DNA from: Patescibacteria group bacterium
Lineage (GTDB): Bacteria > Patescibacteriota > Patescibacteriia > Patescibacteriales > UBA12075
NCBI GenBank assembly: GCA_022705905.1
Contig: JAKJDO010000004.1
Span: forward strand, 374 to 64,373
Direction: 5' to 3'
DNA length: 64,000 bases
Made by a program: the position numbers and the translations under genes. Positions 8,846 to 16,511 of the stretch are shown piece by piece. The notes under the pieces were generated by a model, which saw only the letters and a list, made by a program, of their open reading frames with translations, ran no database searches and was not told the origin of the DNA. Numbering within the stretch: position 1 is the first letter of the stretch; each line of letters starts with the position of its first letter.

Positions 8846-8956
8846 ATTATTTAAATAAAAAACTGCCTAATCGACAGAAATGGAAATTATTTATTAGCTG
8901 GAATTATATTAACACGCTTTTTGGAAAATAGCAAGTCCGTATTTAAATGTCTTGTT

Positions 8957-8992
8957 GACAAAAACATACGGTCAGCCTTACGACTGGCCGTA
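8957..8992 (-). terminator. Terminator closing the GC-rich receiver-like island
   Basis: Minus-strand TACGGCCAGTCgtaaGGCTGACCGTA hairpin followed by TGTTTTTGTC. Confidence 0.6.
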
Positions 8993-9027
8993 AATTACTA
9001 CATGAGTAATGGTTATTGCCGTTTGCC

Positions 9028-9396
9028 TCAGAAATGAGACAGCTCGAGAATCGCGCCGATGACGCTCGGCAGGTGGCTTTCGCCTAGGCATTGGTAGTTG
9101 CAGCCGGCCTGCACCAGCTCGTCAAGACGGCTGTGCCTTGCCACCGCAATGACAGGGATGGTCTGATTGACATCCCTGATTCGCCGTACTGTTTCTACGG
9201 CGCCGGGGTGGTCGCCGCACCCATCAATAACGATGATGGGGAAGCAATCGCTGGTCTTGGTAGCAGCGAGTTCGACTGCCGCTTTGACTGTTGTTTTGGA
9301 TACCGACAGATTACCGTCGGGCCAAACAACGCCCTGCTCGCAGATTGCACAGGTATCCGTCGTGCCGAGCACAAGAACTTTGATGCCCTTACTCAT
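9028..9396 (-). CDS. Orphan receiver-like (CheY/flavodoxin-fold-like) protein 1, degenerate
   Basis: SD AAGGAGGAG 6 nt upstream. Pattern IKVLVLG...PIIVIDGCGDHPGAVETVRRIR...IPVIAVARHSRLDELVQAGCNYQCLGE. Strongly GC-elevated. Confidence 0.5.
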   Translation of the reverse strand: MSKGIKVLVLGTTDTCAICEQGVVWPDGNLSVSKTTVKAAVELAATKTSDCFPIIVIDGCGDHPGAVETVRRIRDVNQTIPVIAVARHSRLDELVQAGCNYQCLGESHLPSVIGAILELSHF

Positions 9397-9452
9397 GTCC
9401 TACTCCTCCTTAGTTTTTTTTCCTAGCCAGTTAAGAACTAGAAAATTATATT

Positions 9453-9481
9453 AGTATATCAAAAATTGACAATAACGTCAA
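9453..9481 (-). promoter_or_regulatory. Promoter TTGACG-17-TATACT for receiver-like gene 1
   Basis: Minus strand reads TTGACGttattgtcaatttttgaTATACT, directly after the upstream terminator. Confidence 0.5.
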
Positions 9482-9487
9482 TAAGGC

Positions 9488-9528
9488 GAAAAATAGGAGG
9501 CCAGCTGATTATAAAAACTCAGCTGGCC
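9488..9528 (-). terminator. Terminator after receiver-like gene 2
   Basis: GGCCAGCTGA-10 nt-TCAGCTGGCC perfect hairpin followed by TCCTATTTTT on the minus strand. Confidence 0.75.
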
Positions 9529-9549
9529 GAAGTGATTGATCGTTGATTT

Positions 9550-9936
9550 TTAGGTTGGGGCCAGGATATTGCGGAAGAGGGTGCCGTCTTCGATTTTGCT
9601 TTTGATTACTTCATAGTCGTAACCGAGGACGCCAAGTTGTTGAAAAAGCTTATCGCGTTTTTCGATGGTGCCGCCGCCAGCGACAATGAGTCCCTGAAAA
9701 TTACGGGCCTCGAGATCATCCAAAATGGCTCGGTAGTCAAAACGCTGATCGCCCGGTGTTTGCTGGGTGTCAACATCCAGAATGATTACCGCAAACTCCC
9801 AGCAGTTAAGATAGTCAGAAGCCTGTTCATTGGAAAGAGCGGAAAAGATCAGCGCTCTTTTGAAAAGATCACCGCTCTTTATTCCAGAAGCAACGTTAAC
9901 TCGGTCGCAAACACACAGAATTTTTGGTCTCTTCAT
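9550..9936 (-). CDS. Orphan receiver-like protein 2, degenerate
   Basis: SD GGAGGAAG upstream. Pattern KILCVCD...FAVIILDVD...GLIVAGGG...GYDYEVIK. 18 nt downstream of gene 3, so probably co-transcribed. Confidence 0.45.
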   Translation of the reverse strand: MKRPKILCVCDRVNVASGIKSGDLFKRALIFSALSNEQASDYLNCWEFAVIILDVDTQQTPGDQRFDYRAILDDLEARNFQGLIVAGGGTIEKRDKLFQQLGVLGYDYEVIKSKIEDGTLFRNILAPT

Positions 9937-9954
9937 GAGCTATCTTCCTCCATG

Positions 9955-10318
9955 TCAGTTTTTTTCAGTAAAGATAATGATGACATCTGCCAGTTCGTCC
10001 CAGGGACAGGCGCAAGCGCAACAGTAGGCTTGTTCGTATTTAGCCCTGAGAGCTCGGTTGTCGGTGGCCGCAAGCAGGATCCTACCGCCATTACTTTTGG
10101 TAAGCTGCGCCCAATTATGCGTCTGAATGAGATTGTGCTTTTCGCAGGCGTCAACATCAAAAACCACCAAGCTGATGTCGGGAAAATTGGAAATGGTTTT
10201 TTTTTGCCCTTGCTTCATTGATGGTCCAAACGACTTCCACGCGGCCGGCTAAAGCAGTTTTTAGGTCAGCTACTCTCTGTCGGTCGTTACTGATAAAAAG
10301 TGCTCCCGGTATCCCCAT
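9955..10318 (-). pseudogene. Orphan receiver-like protein 3, interrupted by a 1-nt frameshift in an A9 tract
   Basis: ATG at 10318 (SD AAGGAGGAAgtt) opens a 53-codon frame, and ORF 9955..10218 continues in the +1 frame. The junction is the run 10197-10205. The span is 364 nt (3n+1). With A8 it would read one 120-aa protein. Confidence 0.6.
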
Positions 10319-10369
10319 AACTTCCTCCTTGTCATAATATACCCCAGTTTTTCAGCTGAGATTGTATAA

Positions 10370-10398
10370 AATGTAGCAAAAATTAAAATCAGTGTCAA
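10370..10398 (-). promoter_or_regulatory. Candidate promoter TTGACA-17-TACATT for receiver-like genes 3 and 2
   Basis: Minus strand reads TTGACActgattttaatttttgcTACATT, about 50 nt upstream of the 10318 start. Confidence 0.4.
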
Positions 10399-10467
10399 TT
10401 TAAAGAAATGATTTGCCATAAAGCTAATATGACTATATAATAAAAATTAACAATAATAATAAAATTT

Positions 10468-11085
10468 ATGGGTTTTGAATTGCAAATATTTCAAATAGTA
10501 GTGTTGGTTTTTTCAGCTATTATCCATGAGTATATGCATGGCTGGACAGCTAATCAAATGGGCGACAGCACCGCTAAAAATGCTGGTCGGCTGACTTTGA
10601 ATCCGATTCCTCATATTGACCCAATTGGCTCGGTATTGCTACCGTCTTTAATGATTTTGGGCAACGTCGGGTTTGTTTTTGGCTGGGCAAAGCCAGTGCC
10701 GTTTAATCCTTATAATTTGCGAGATCAAAAATGGGGATCGGCTAAAGTTGCGGCCGCTGGTCCGTTAAGCAATTTTATAGTCGCCCTATCCTTTGGTTTA
10801 ATCTTAAGATTCGCGCCGATTACTAATGATTTTTTTGCTTTAGCGCTAGGCATAATCGTTTATATCAATTTACTTTTGATGGTATTCAATTTGATACCAA
10901 TTCCGCCGCTTGATGGATCAAAAATTTTATTACCGCTCTTACCTTATCATTGGCAGGAAAAATTTTATAGGTTAGAACAGTATGGTTTTATAATTATTCT
11001 GGTTTTTGTTTATTTCGGTTTTAGTTTAATTTTGCCTATTATTGGCGGGCTTTTTAGCTTAATTACTGGTCAGCGTATTTTTTAA
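10468..11085 (+). CDS. Site-2 protease family (peptidase M50) membrane metalloprotease
   Basis: HEYMHG (HExxH) in TM1, multiple TMs, downstream LIPIPPLDG motif. Confidence 0.8.
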   Translation: MGFELQIFQIVVLVFSAIIHEYMHGWTANQMGDSTAKNAGRLTLNPIPHIDPIGSVLLPSLMILGNVGFVFGWAKPVPFNPYNLRDQKWGSAKVAAAGPLSNFIVALSFGLILRFAPITNDFFALALGIIVYINLLLMVFNLIPIPPLDGSKILLPLLPYHWQEKFYRLEQYGFIIILVFVYFGFSLILPIIGGLFSLITGQRIF

Positions 11086-11142
11086 TATCTTATTAATGGT
11101 TGGTGGTTAAATTAATAATAAAAAAGAAAAAGGAGGTTTGCC

Positions 11143-11484
11143 GTGAGCAAGAAAAAAAATTATTGGTTTATTGAGCCGTTGGATAGTCGTACTAACAAGA
11201 TTATCGTTGGGTATCTTGAACAGGTGGGATCTACCGACATGTTAGAAATTTATGTAAGAGATGAGATTGAGCCAATAAAGGCTTTTTATATCCAATATCA
11301 TCAGATAGTTTATCTGCGGGGCTGTATCGAGGACTATAATTTAAAGTTCCGTGTGATATTTAGCCATAATATGGACGGTCCTTTTTGGGTGTCAGATCTT
11401 TGGAAAATAAAAAAACCCAGGTTGGAAAAAAGAAAAGTGGAGGAGGGCTTGAAAAACATCAAGAAGAAAAAAGACAGCAAATAA
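11143..11484 (+). CDS. Hypothetical protein with Lys-rich tail
   Basis: GTG start preceded by AAGGAGG; 113 aa; followed by a terminator. No family recognised. Confidence 0.55.
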   Translation: MSKKKNYWFIEPLDSRTNKIIVGYLEQVGSTDMLEIYVRDEIEPIKAFYIQYHQIVYLRGCIEDYNLKFRVIFSHNMDGPFWVSDLWKIKKPRLEKRKVEEGLKNIKKKKDSK

Positions 11485-11501
11485 TAGAAACGGTATTACA
11501 A

Positions 11502-11534
11502 GGACGCTCTTTGTCACAGGGCGTCGCTTTTTTT
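11502..11534 (+). terminator. Rho-independent terminator
   Basis: GACGC...GCGTC hairpin followed by a T7 run. Confidence 0.6.
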
Positions 11535-11551
11535 AGATCGTTAGATAATAC

Positions 11552-11580
11552 TTGACTTATTTTAGATATTTTGATAAATT
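11552..11580 (+). promoter_or_regulatory. Candidate str-cluster promoter TTGACT-17-TAAATT
   Basis: Lies ~175 nt upstream of rpsL. The leader holds palindromes at 11596-11612 and 11703-11741. Confidence 0.4.
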
Positions 11581-11756
11581 AAAATAGCAAAAGAATAAAA
11601 ATGTATCCCGAATATTCGGGGTTATTTTATTAAAAAAATAAGGCGAATAAGAGCGATGAGTTGCTATTGTATAAAAATCGCTAATATTCGTTAATTTTTG
11701 TTTACCCCGCAATTTATATTCTAATTTCGTGAAATGCGGGACAAGTTCTAATAAAT

Positions 11757-12176
11757 ATGCCAACAATAAATCAACTAGTAAAAAAAGGAAGAAAAAGCGC
11801 TACTAGTAAAAGTAAAATGCCAGCGCTACAAACTACTTTAGACACTCTACATCGTAAAAGAACAGAGTTGCGTAGAGGTGCGCCTTTTAAAAGAGGAGTA
11901 TGCTTAAAGGTAACTACAACTACCCCTAAAAAACCTAACTCAGCTTTACGTAAAATTTGTCGTGTCCGCTTATCAAACGGTATGGAAGTAACTGCTTATA
12001 TTCCAGGTATTGGACACAATTTGCAAGAGCATTCAATCGTTATGCTAAAAGGTGGCAGGACTAAAGACCTGCCGGGTGTACGTTATAAAGTTGTACGCGG
12101 CGTTTATGATTCTCAAGGTGTACAAAATAGAAAACAATCACGCAGTTTATACGGCGCTAAACGAGCTAAAAAATAA
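11757..12176 (+). CDS. rpsL: 30S ribosomal protein S12
   Basis: [13 protein letters not shown]...[10 protein letters not shown]...[13 protein letters not shown] signature. Confidence 0.97.
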   Translation: MPTINQLVKKGRKSATSKSKMPALQTTLDTLHRKRTELRRGAPFKRGVCLKVTTTTPKKPNSALRKICRVRLSNGMEVTAYIPGIGHNLQEHSIVMLKGGRTKDLPGVRYKVVRGVYDSQGVQNRKQSRSLYGAKRAKK

Positions 12177-12190
12177 TTTAAACATTTTTC

Positions 12191-12273
12191 TGTCATACTG
12201 AGCTGCAGGCGAAGGATCACGTAGATTTATAGCTCGAGATTCTTCACTCCGCCTCGCTCCGTTCAGAATGACA
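12191..12273. repeat. Palindromic TGTCAT..CTGAG / CTCAG..ATGACA element (short form)
   Basis: Arms TGTCATACTGAGC and GTTCAGAATGACA, inner arms GAAGGATC / GAGATTCTTC. Sits between rpsL and rpsG. Confidence 0.7.
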
Positions 12274-12283
12274 ATAATATATT

Positions 12284-12751
12284 ATGAGAGGTAAACCAGC
12301 ACCAAAAAGAAAAATTGAAGGTGATGCAAAATACAGCGATGTTGATATCGCAAAATTTATTAATTATATAATGGAAAGAGGCAAAAAGGCTACTGCCCAA
12401 AAGGTAGTGTATGATGCTTTTGAAGTTATTAAAGATAAAACAAAACAAGACCCTCGACACGTTTTTAATAAAGCGCTAAAAAAAGTCTCCCCGCTTTTAG
12501 AAGTGCGCGGACGCAGAATCGGCGGCGCTAACTACCAAATCCCTTTTCAGGTTAGAGGCGAAAGACGTTTTAACTTAGGTTGCCGTTGGATTATTGAAGC
12601 CGCTCACGAACGAAAAGGTAAAAAAATGGCGGAAAAGTTAGCCGATGAAATTTTAGCAGCAGCGAATGGCGAGGGCGCGGCTATGAGAAAAAGAGAAACC
12701 ATGCACAAAATGGCTGAATCAAATAAGGCTTTTGCACACTTCGCGCGCTAG
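12284..12751 (+). CDS. rpsG: 30S ribosomal protein S7
   Basis: S7 blocks (KKATAQKVVYDAF, EVRGRRIGGANYQIPFQV, AHFAR terminus) in the conserved position after rpsL. Confidence 0.95.
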   Translation: MRGKPAPKRKIEGDAKYSDVDIAKFINYIMERGKKATAQKVVYDAFEVIKDKTKQDPRHVFNKALKKVSPLLEVRGRRIGGANYQIPFQVRGERRFNLGCRWIIEAAHERKGKKMAEKLADEILAAANGEGAAMRKRETMHKMAESNKAFAHFAR

Positions 12752-12817
12752 GTTACAGGTTGGATTTCTTGTGTTTTAGGTTTTGGGTTTTAAAGTATTT
12801 AAATTTATTGAACATTG

Positions 12818-13172
12818 AAATATTATCGGGGAAGAAAATAATATAAGGAGGTGGCAGTTATGATAATTTTAAGGAATGGGAGACAGGGGACAAACGTACA
12901 GAAGATTCGTTTGAGAGAGCAGTTGCGGATGAAGCGTATTAACCGCAGATACAACACACCGCTTCCGGCAATGCAGATCATGCTTTCGACACCGAAAAAG
13001 AAGATACAGAAATTCGGGTGGTCGGTCTTCATGCAGATGATCACCGTATTCCTTGCCCTTCTCTTTGGCCACAATCGGAAAGGGGCTGTTGCTTAGGAGA
13101 TTCTATGCTTGCACAACTACGATAAAGCGCGAGATTGTTTTTTGCGTCTCGCGTTCTTCCCCGATAATATTT
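12818..13172. repeat. 355-bp cassette bounded by a perfect 19-bp inverted repeat, inserted between rpsG and fusA
   Basis: AAATATTATCGGGGAAGAA at 12818-12836 is the exact reverse complement of 13154-13172. The interior is GC-elevated and carries one SD-led ORF. Confidence 0.7.
12860..13096 (+). CDS. Small basic tail-anchored protein (78 aa), orphan
   Basis: AAGGAGGTG SD 8 nt before the ATG. Arg/Lys-rich N-terminal half and C-terminal TM (WSVFMQMITVFLALLFG). Confidence 0.45.
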   Translation: MIILRNGRQGTNVQKIRLREQLRMKRINRRYNTPLPAMQIMLSTPKKKIQKFGWSVFMQMITVFLALLFGHNRKGAVA

Positions 13173-13180
13173 TACATCTT

Positions 13181-13298
13181 TGTCATCCCCGCGAAGGCGG
13201 GGATCCATGGTAAATTCGCTCAACTTTGGTAAAACCTAAGACGTATTTTAAAGGCCTGTCTTCTTTTTCTGGATCCCGGGTTGCGGCCTGGGATGACA
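13181..13298. repeat. Palindromic TGTCAT...ATGACA element (long form with CTTTGGTAAAA core)
   Basis: TGTCATCCCCGCGAAGGCGGGGATCCA ... TGGATCCCGGGTTGCGGCCTGGGATGACA. Shares the core CTTTGGTAAAA..TAAG with 57577-57716. Confidence 0.7.
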
Positions 13299-13308
13299 AT
13301 AAAAAAAT

Positions 13309-13572
13309 ATGAATCAAAAAGGGGCGGGATTATTAGGATTGTTGATTGTAGCGGCAATCGTTGGATTGCTGGCTTACGGCGGTTATTCTTTTTGGAATAA
13401 AGATAAAAAGACAGATATCAATAATTTGCAACAAGTTGAAGACAACATAAATGAAACCAGGCAGAATCCAGTTGAACTGCATAATATAAAAATGAAGGCA
13501 ACTGAAGAGATTAATAAGATTAATCAAACGATTAAAGAACAAGCAAGTTCAACTGATAATTATTTAGAATAA
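13309..13572 (+). CDS. Small membrane-anchored protein with degenerate pilin-like N-terminus
   Basis: MNQKGAGLLGLLIVAAIVGLLAYGG resembles a class III signal / pilin helix but lacks F+1 and E+5. Polar coiled C-terminus. Confidence 0.5.
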   Translation: MNQKGAGLLGLLIVAAIVGLLAYGGYSFWNKDKKTDINNLQQVEDNINETRQNPVELHNIKMKATEEINKINQTIKEQASSTDNYLE

Positions 13573-13608
13573 AATAAAATATAAATTTTCAATTTTTAAT
13601 TTTCAATT

Positions 13609-13628
13609 CCTGCCTGCCGGCAGGCAGG
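13609..13628. repeat. Perfect 20-nt palindrome CCTGCCTGCCGGCAGGCAGG within an AT-rich symmetric spacer
   Basis: Exact palindrome. A related CCTGCCTGCCGACAAGCAGGCG sits at 57589-57610. Flanked by AATTTTCAA / TTGAAAATT arms. Confidence 0.7.
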
Positions 13629-13720
13629 TTCAAACAATTTTTAATATATCAATTTTGAAAATTTAAAAATTATATAATTGTTTTAAAATTAAAAATTGGA
13701 AATTAGAAATTAATAAGTAT

Positions 13721-15805
13721 ATGGCACGAGATTTTTCATTAGAAAAAACAAGAAATATAGGCATTATGGCGCACATTGACGCTGGCAAAACTACTTTTAC
13801 CGAGCGTGTTTTATTTTACACTGGTAAGAAGCATAAAATCGGTGAGGTTCATGAAGGTGCTGCCGAAATGGACTGGATGGAGCAGGAAAAAGAAAGAGGT
13901 ATTACCATTACTTCTGCTGCTACTACCTGTTTTTGGAAAGACAATAAAATTAATATCATCGATACTCCAGGACACGTTGATTTCACCGTTGAAGTCGAAC
14001 GTTCTTTGCGCGTGCTTGATGGAGCAGTGGCAGTGTTTGATGGGCAAGCTGGCGTTGAACCGCAATCAGAAACTGTTTGGCGACAGGCAGACAAATACAA
14101 CGTGCCACGTTTATGTTTTGTAAATAAAATGGATAAAATGGGCGCAGATTTTTACATGAGCTTAAATTCCATTCGCACTCGTTTGAATAAAAAAGCCGTG
14201 GCGGTCCAGTTGCCGATTGGCGCTGAAGAAAATATACGCGGCGTTATTGATTTGTTAACTAGAAAAGCTTATGAATTCAAAGGCGATAACGGCGAACAAA
14301 TTAATGAAATAGAAATTCCTGCTGATTTAAAAGATAAAGTAGAGGAATTCAGAGGCGATTTAGTAGAGCGAGCAGTTGAATGTGACGATGCGGTGACTGA
14401 AAAATATTTAAATGGCGAGGAAATTAGTGTTGAAGAATTGAAAAAAGCGATTCGCAAAGGCACAATTACTAGTCAGCTATTTCCTGTTTTCTGCGGCACT
14501 GCTCTAAAAAATATTGGTGTGCAATTAGTTTTAGATGGCGTTATTGAATATTTGCCGTCACCGTTGGAATTACCGGCTTTAGAAGGGATGGATCCGGATG
14601 ATGAAAATAAAAAAATAGAAATAAAACCGCAGGACAGCGAACCATTTGTTGGTTTAGCTTTTAAAATTGCTACCGATCCTTTTGTCGGTAGATTATGCTT
14701 CGTTAGAGTCTATAGTGGTATTTTGCAGTCAGGCTCCTATATTTTAAATTCAACTTCTGGCGAGAAGGAGAGAGTTGGGCGTTTAGTCAGAATGCACGCC
14801 AATCATCGTGAAGAAATAAAAGAAGTGGGCGCCGGTGATATCGCCGCTATTGTTGGTCTAAAGAATACTATCACGGGTAATACTTTGTGCGATGAATCAA
14901 GACCAGTACGCCTAGAAACAATTCATTTCCCTGAGCCGGTCATTAAAATTGCTGTTGAACCAAAGACTAAAGCAGACCAAGAAAAGATGGGCGTTGCCTT
15001 GCAGAAACTAGCCGAAGAAGACCCGACTTTCCGCGTGGAAACCGACGAAGAATCCAACCAAACTTTAATTTCCGGAATGGGAGAGTTGCACTTAGATATC
15101 ATCGTTGACCGTATGAAAAGAGAGTTTAAGGTCGAAGCCAATATCGGCAAGCCGCAGGTGTCTTATAGAGAAACTATCAAAACCAACGCCGACGCTGAAG
15201 GTAAATATATCAAACAATCAGGTGGGCGCGGTCAATACGGACATTGTTGGATTAAAGTTGAACCAAAAGAGGCTGGTGCCGGTAATGAATTCGTTGACGA
15301 AATTAAAGGCGGTGTTATTCCCCGTGAATATATTCCGGCTATTGAAAAGGGCGTTAAGGAAGCTAATGAAAACGGTGTTTTGGCTGGCTACCCAATGGTT
15401 GATATTAAAGCCACTGTTTATGATGGTAGCTATCATGAAGTTGACTCTTCGGAAGCCGCCTTTAAGATGGCTGCCATTTTTGGTTATAAAGATGCTTGTC
15501 GTAAAGCCAACCCGATTTTGCTAGAGCCAATTATGAAGGTTGAAGTAACTACCCCAGAAGAATATATGGGCAATATCGTTGGTGACTTAAGCTCAAAAAG
15601 AGGTCAAATTGGCCAGATGTCAGAAAGAGTTAATATTAAAGTAATTGATGCTAAAGTGCCTTTGGCCGAGATGTTTGGTTATGCCACCTCTTTAAGATCT
15701 TTAAGTCAGGGTAGAGCCAACTATACTATGGAGTTCTTGGAATATGCCGAGGTTCCTAAAAATATTGCTGAAAATTTAATTGGGGAAAAGTCGGGGAAAA
15801 AGTAA
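13721..15805 (+). CDS. fusA: Elongation factor G
   Basis: [21 protein letters not shown] GTPase motifs. Full-length 694 aa. Confidence 0.97.
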   Translation: MARDFSLEKTRNIGIMAHIDAGKTTFTERVLFYTGKKHKIGEVHEGAAEMDWMEQEKERGITITSAATTCFWKDNKINIIDTPGHVDFTVEVERSLRVLDGAVAVFDGQAGVEPQSETVWRQADKYNVPRLCFVNKMDKMGADFYMSLNSIRTRLNKKAVAVQLPIGAEENIRGVIDLLTRKAYEFKGDNGEQINEIEIPADLKDKVEEFRGDLVERAVECDDAVTEKYLNGEEISVEELKKAIRKGTITSQLFPVFCGTALKNIGVQLVLDGVIEYLPSPLELPALEGMDPDDENKKIEIKPQDSEPFVGLAFKIATDPFVGRLCFVRVYSGILQSGSYILNSTSGEKERVGRLVRMHANHREEIKEVGAGDIAAIVGLKNTITGNTLCDESRPVRLETIHFPEPVIKIAVEPKTKADQEKMGVALQKLAEEDPTFRVETDEESNQTLISGMGELHLDIIVDRMKREFKVEANIGKPQVSYRETIKTNADAEGKYIKQSGGRGQYGHCWIKVEPKEAGAGNEFVDEIKGGVIPREYIPAIEKGVKEANENGVLAGYPMVDIKATVYDGSYHEVDSSEAAFKMAAIFGYKDACRKANPILLEPIMKVEVTTPEEYMGNIVGDLSSKRGQIGQMSERVNIKVIDAKVPLAEMFGYATSLRSLSQGRANYTMEFLEYAEVPKNIAENLIGEKSGKK

Positions 15806-15892
15806 GCCATAAAATAGCTATTTTTAGAGTAAAAGCTATTGACTGCGGTTAATTAATAATATAAAATAGTTTTATATAAATAAACTATAATT

Positions 15893-16420
15893 ATGCAGGA
15901 GCAATTGCAAAAAGCAATAAAATTAGCCAAAAAAACTGGAGATAGGTTAATCGTTTTTGATCCTAACAACGCTGATTTGGCCTATGTAGTTATGACACTG
16001 GAGGATTATGAAAGATTGATGGTAAAAAAGAGTGAAGTTAAGGGCTTGACAGAGGACGAATTGCTTGATAAAATAAATCGCGATATTGCTATATGGAAAA
16101 GCGAGCAAGATTTTAGTGATGAGATTGATACTGGATATGTAAAAACAGCCATCAAAGAGCAGTTTGCCAATATTATTGATAACAGAGGAAAAACGGTAAA
16201 CAAACCACAGGGAGGATACTTTAGTGGCGTGACTAATCTAGACCTAGATAAAGAGGCGCCTTTTTCAGTTATAGCAGATATAGCAGAAGAAAGAGTGAAT
16301 AATTTAAGACCAGAAGGCTCAAGGAATAAGTGGACAATTCCATCAAACCGTAAACGCAATGCCGAGGAAATCGTTGACGAAGACGAAAATACCCAATATT
16401 TAGAAGAAATTACATTTTAA
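15893..16420 (+). CDS. Acidic hypothetical protein inserted between fusA and tuf (weak Phd/YefM-like N-terminus)
   Basis: 175 aa. N-terminal GDRLIVFDPNNADLAYVVMTLEDYERLM resembles an antitoxin-type fold, but no partner toxin is adjacent. Confidence 0.5.
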   Translation: MQEQLQKAIKLAKKTGDRLIVFDPNNADLAYVVMTLEDYERLMVKKSEVKGLTEDELLDKINRDIAIWKSEQDFSDEIDTGYVKTAIKEQFANIIDNRGKTVNKPQGGYFSGVTNLDLDKEAPFSVIADIAEERVNNLRPEGSRNKWTIPSNRKRNAEEIVDEDENTQYLEEITF

Positions 16421-16511
16421 AAATTAAAAAGTTATAATAATTAAACTAAATTACTACGGCTGGTTCCTAAAAGGAGATAACCCGATTTAAGGGGCCGTAA
16501 AGTATAAAAAC

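Noticed and set aside
8646-8858. 70-aa plus-strand ORF in the six-frame track
   Set aside because: It lies entirely antisense to a textbook L28 gene (8672..8845, minus). It has no start context and an implausible sequence.
9091-10221. Long plus-strand ORFs (9091..9426, 9167..9454, 9637..10221, 9830..10027) in the GC-rich island
   Set aside because: High GC depletes stop codons, so antisense frames stay open. Only the minus-strand ORFs have SD sites, promoters, terminators and protein-like patterns.
11557-11766. 69-aa minus-strand ORF upstream of rpsL
   Set aside because: It lies in the AT-rich rpsL promoter and leader region and overlaps the rpsL start. It is a low-complexity, Ile/Phe/Lys/Tyr-rich artefact.
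12823-13223. Minus-strand ORFs 12823..13074, 12869..13072 and 13041..13223
   Set aside because: They are antisense to the SD-led 78-aa ORF, or are read through the palindromic TGTCAT element. They have no ribosome-binding context.
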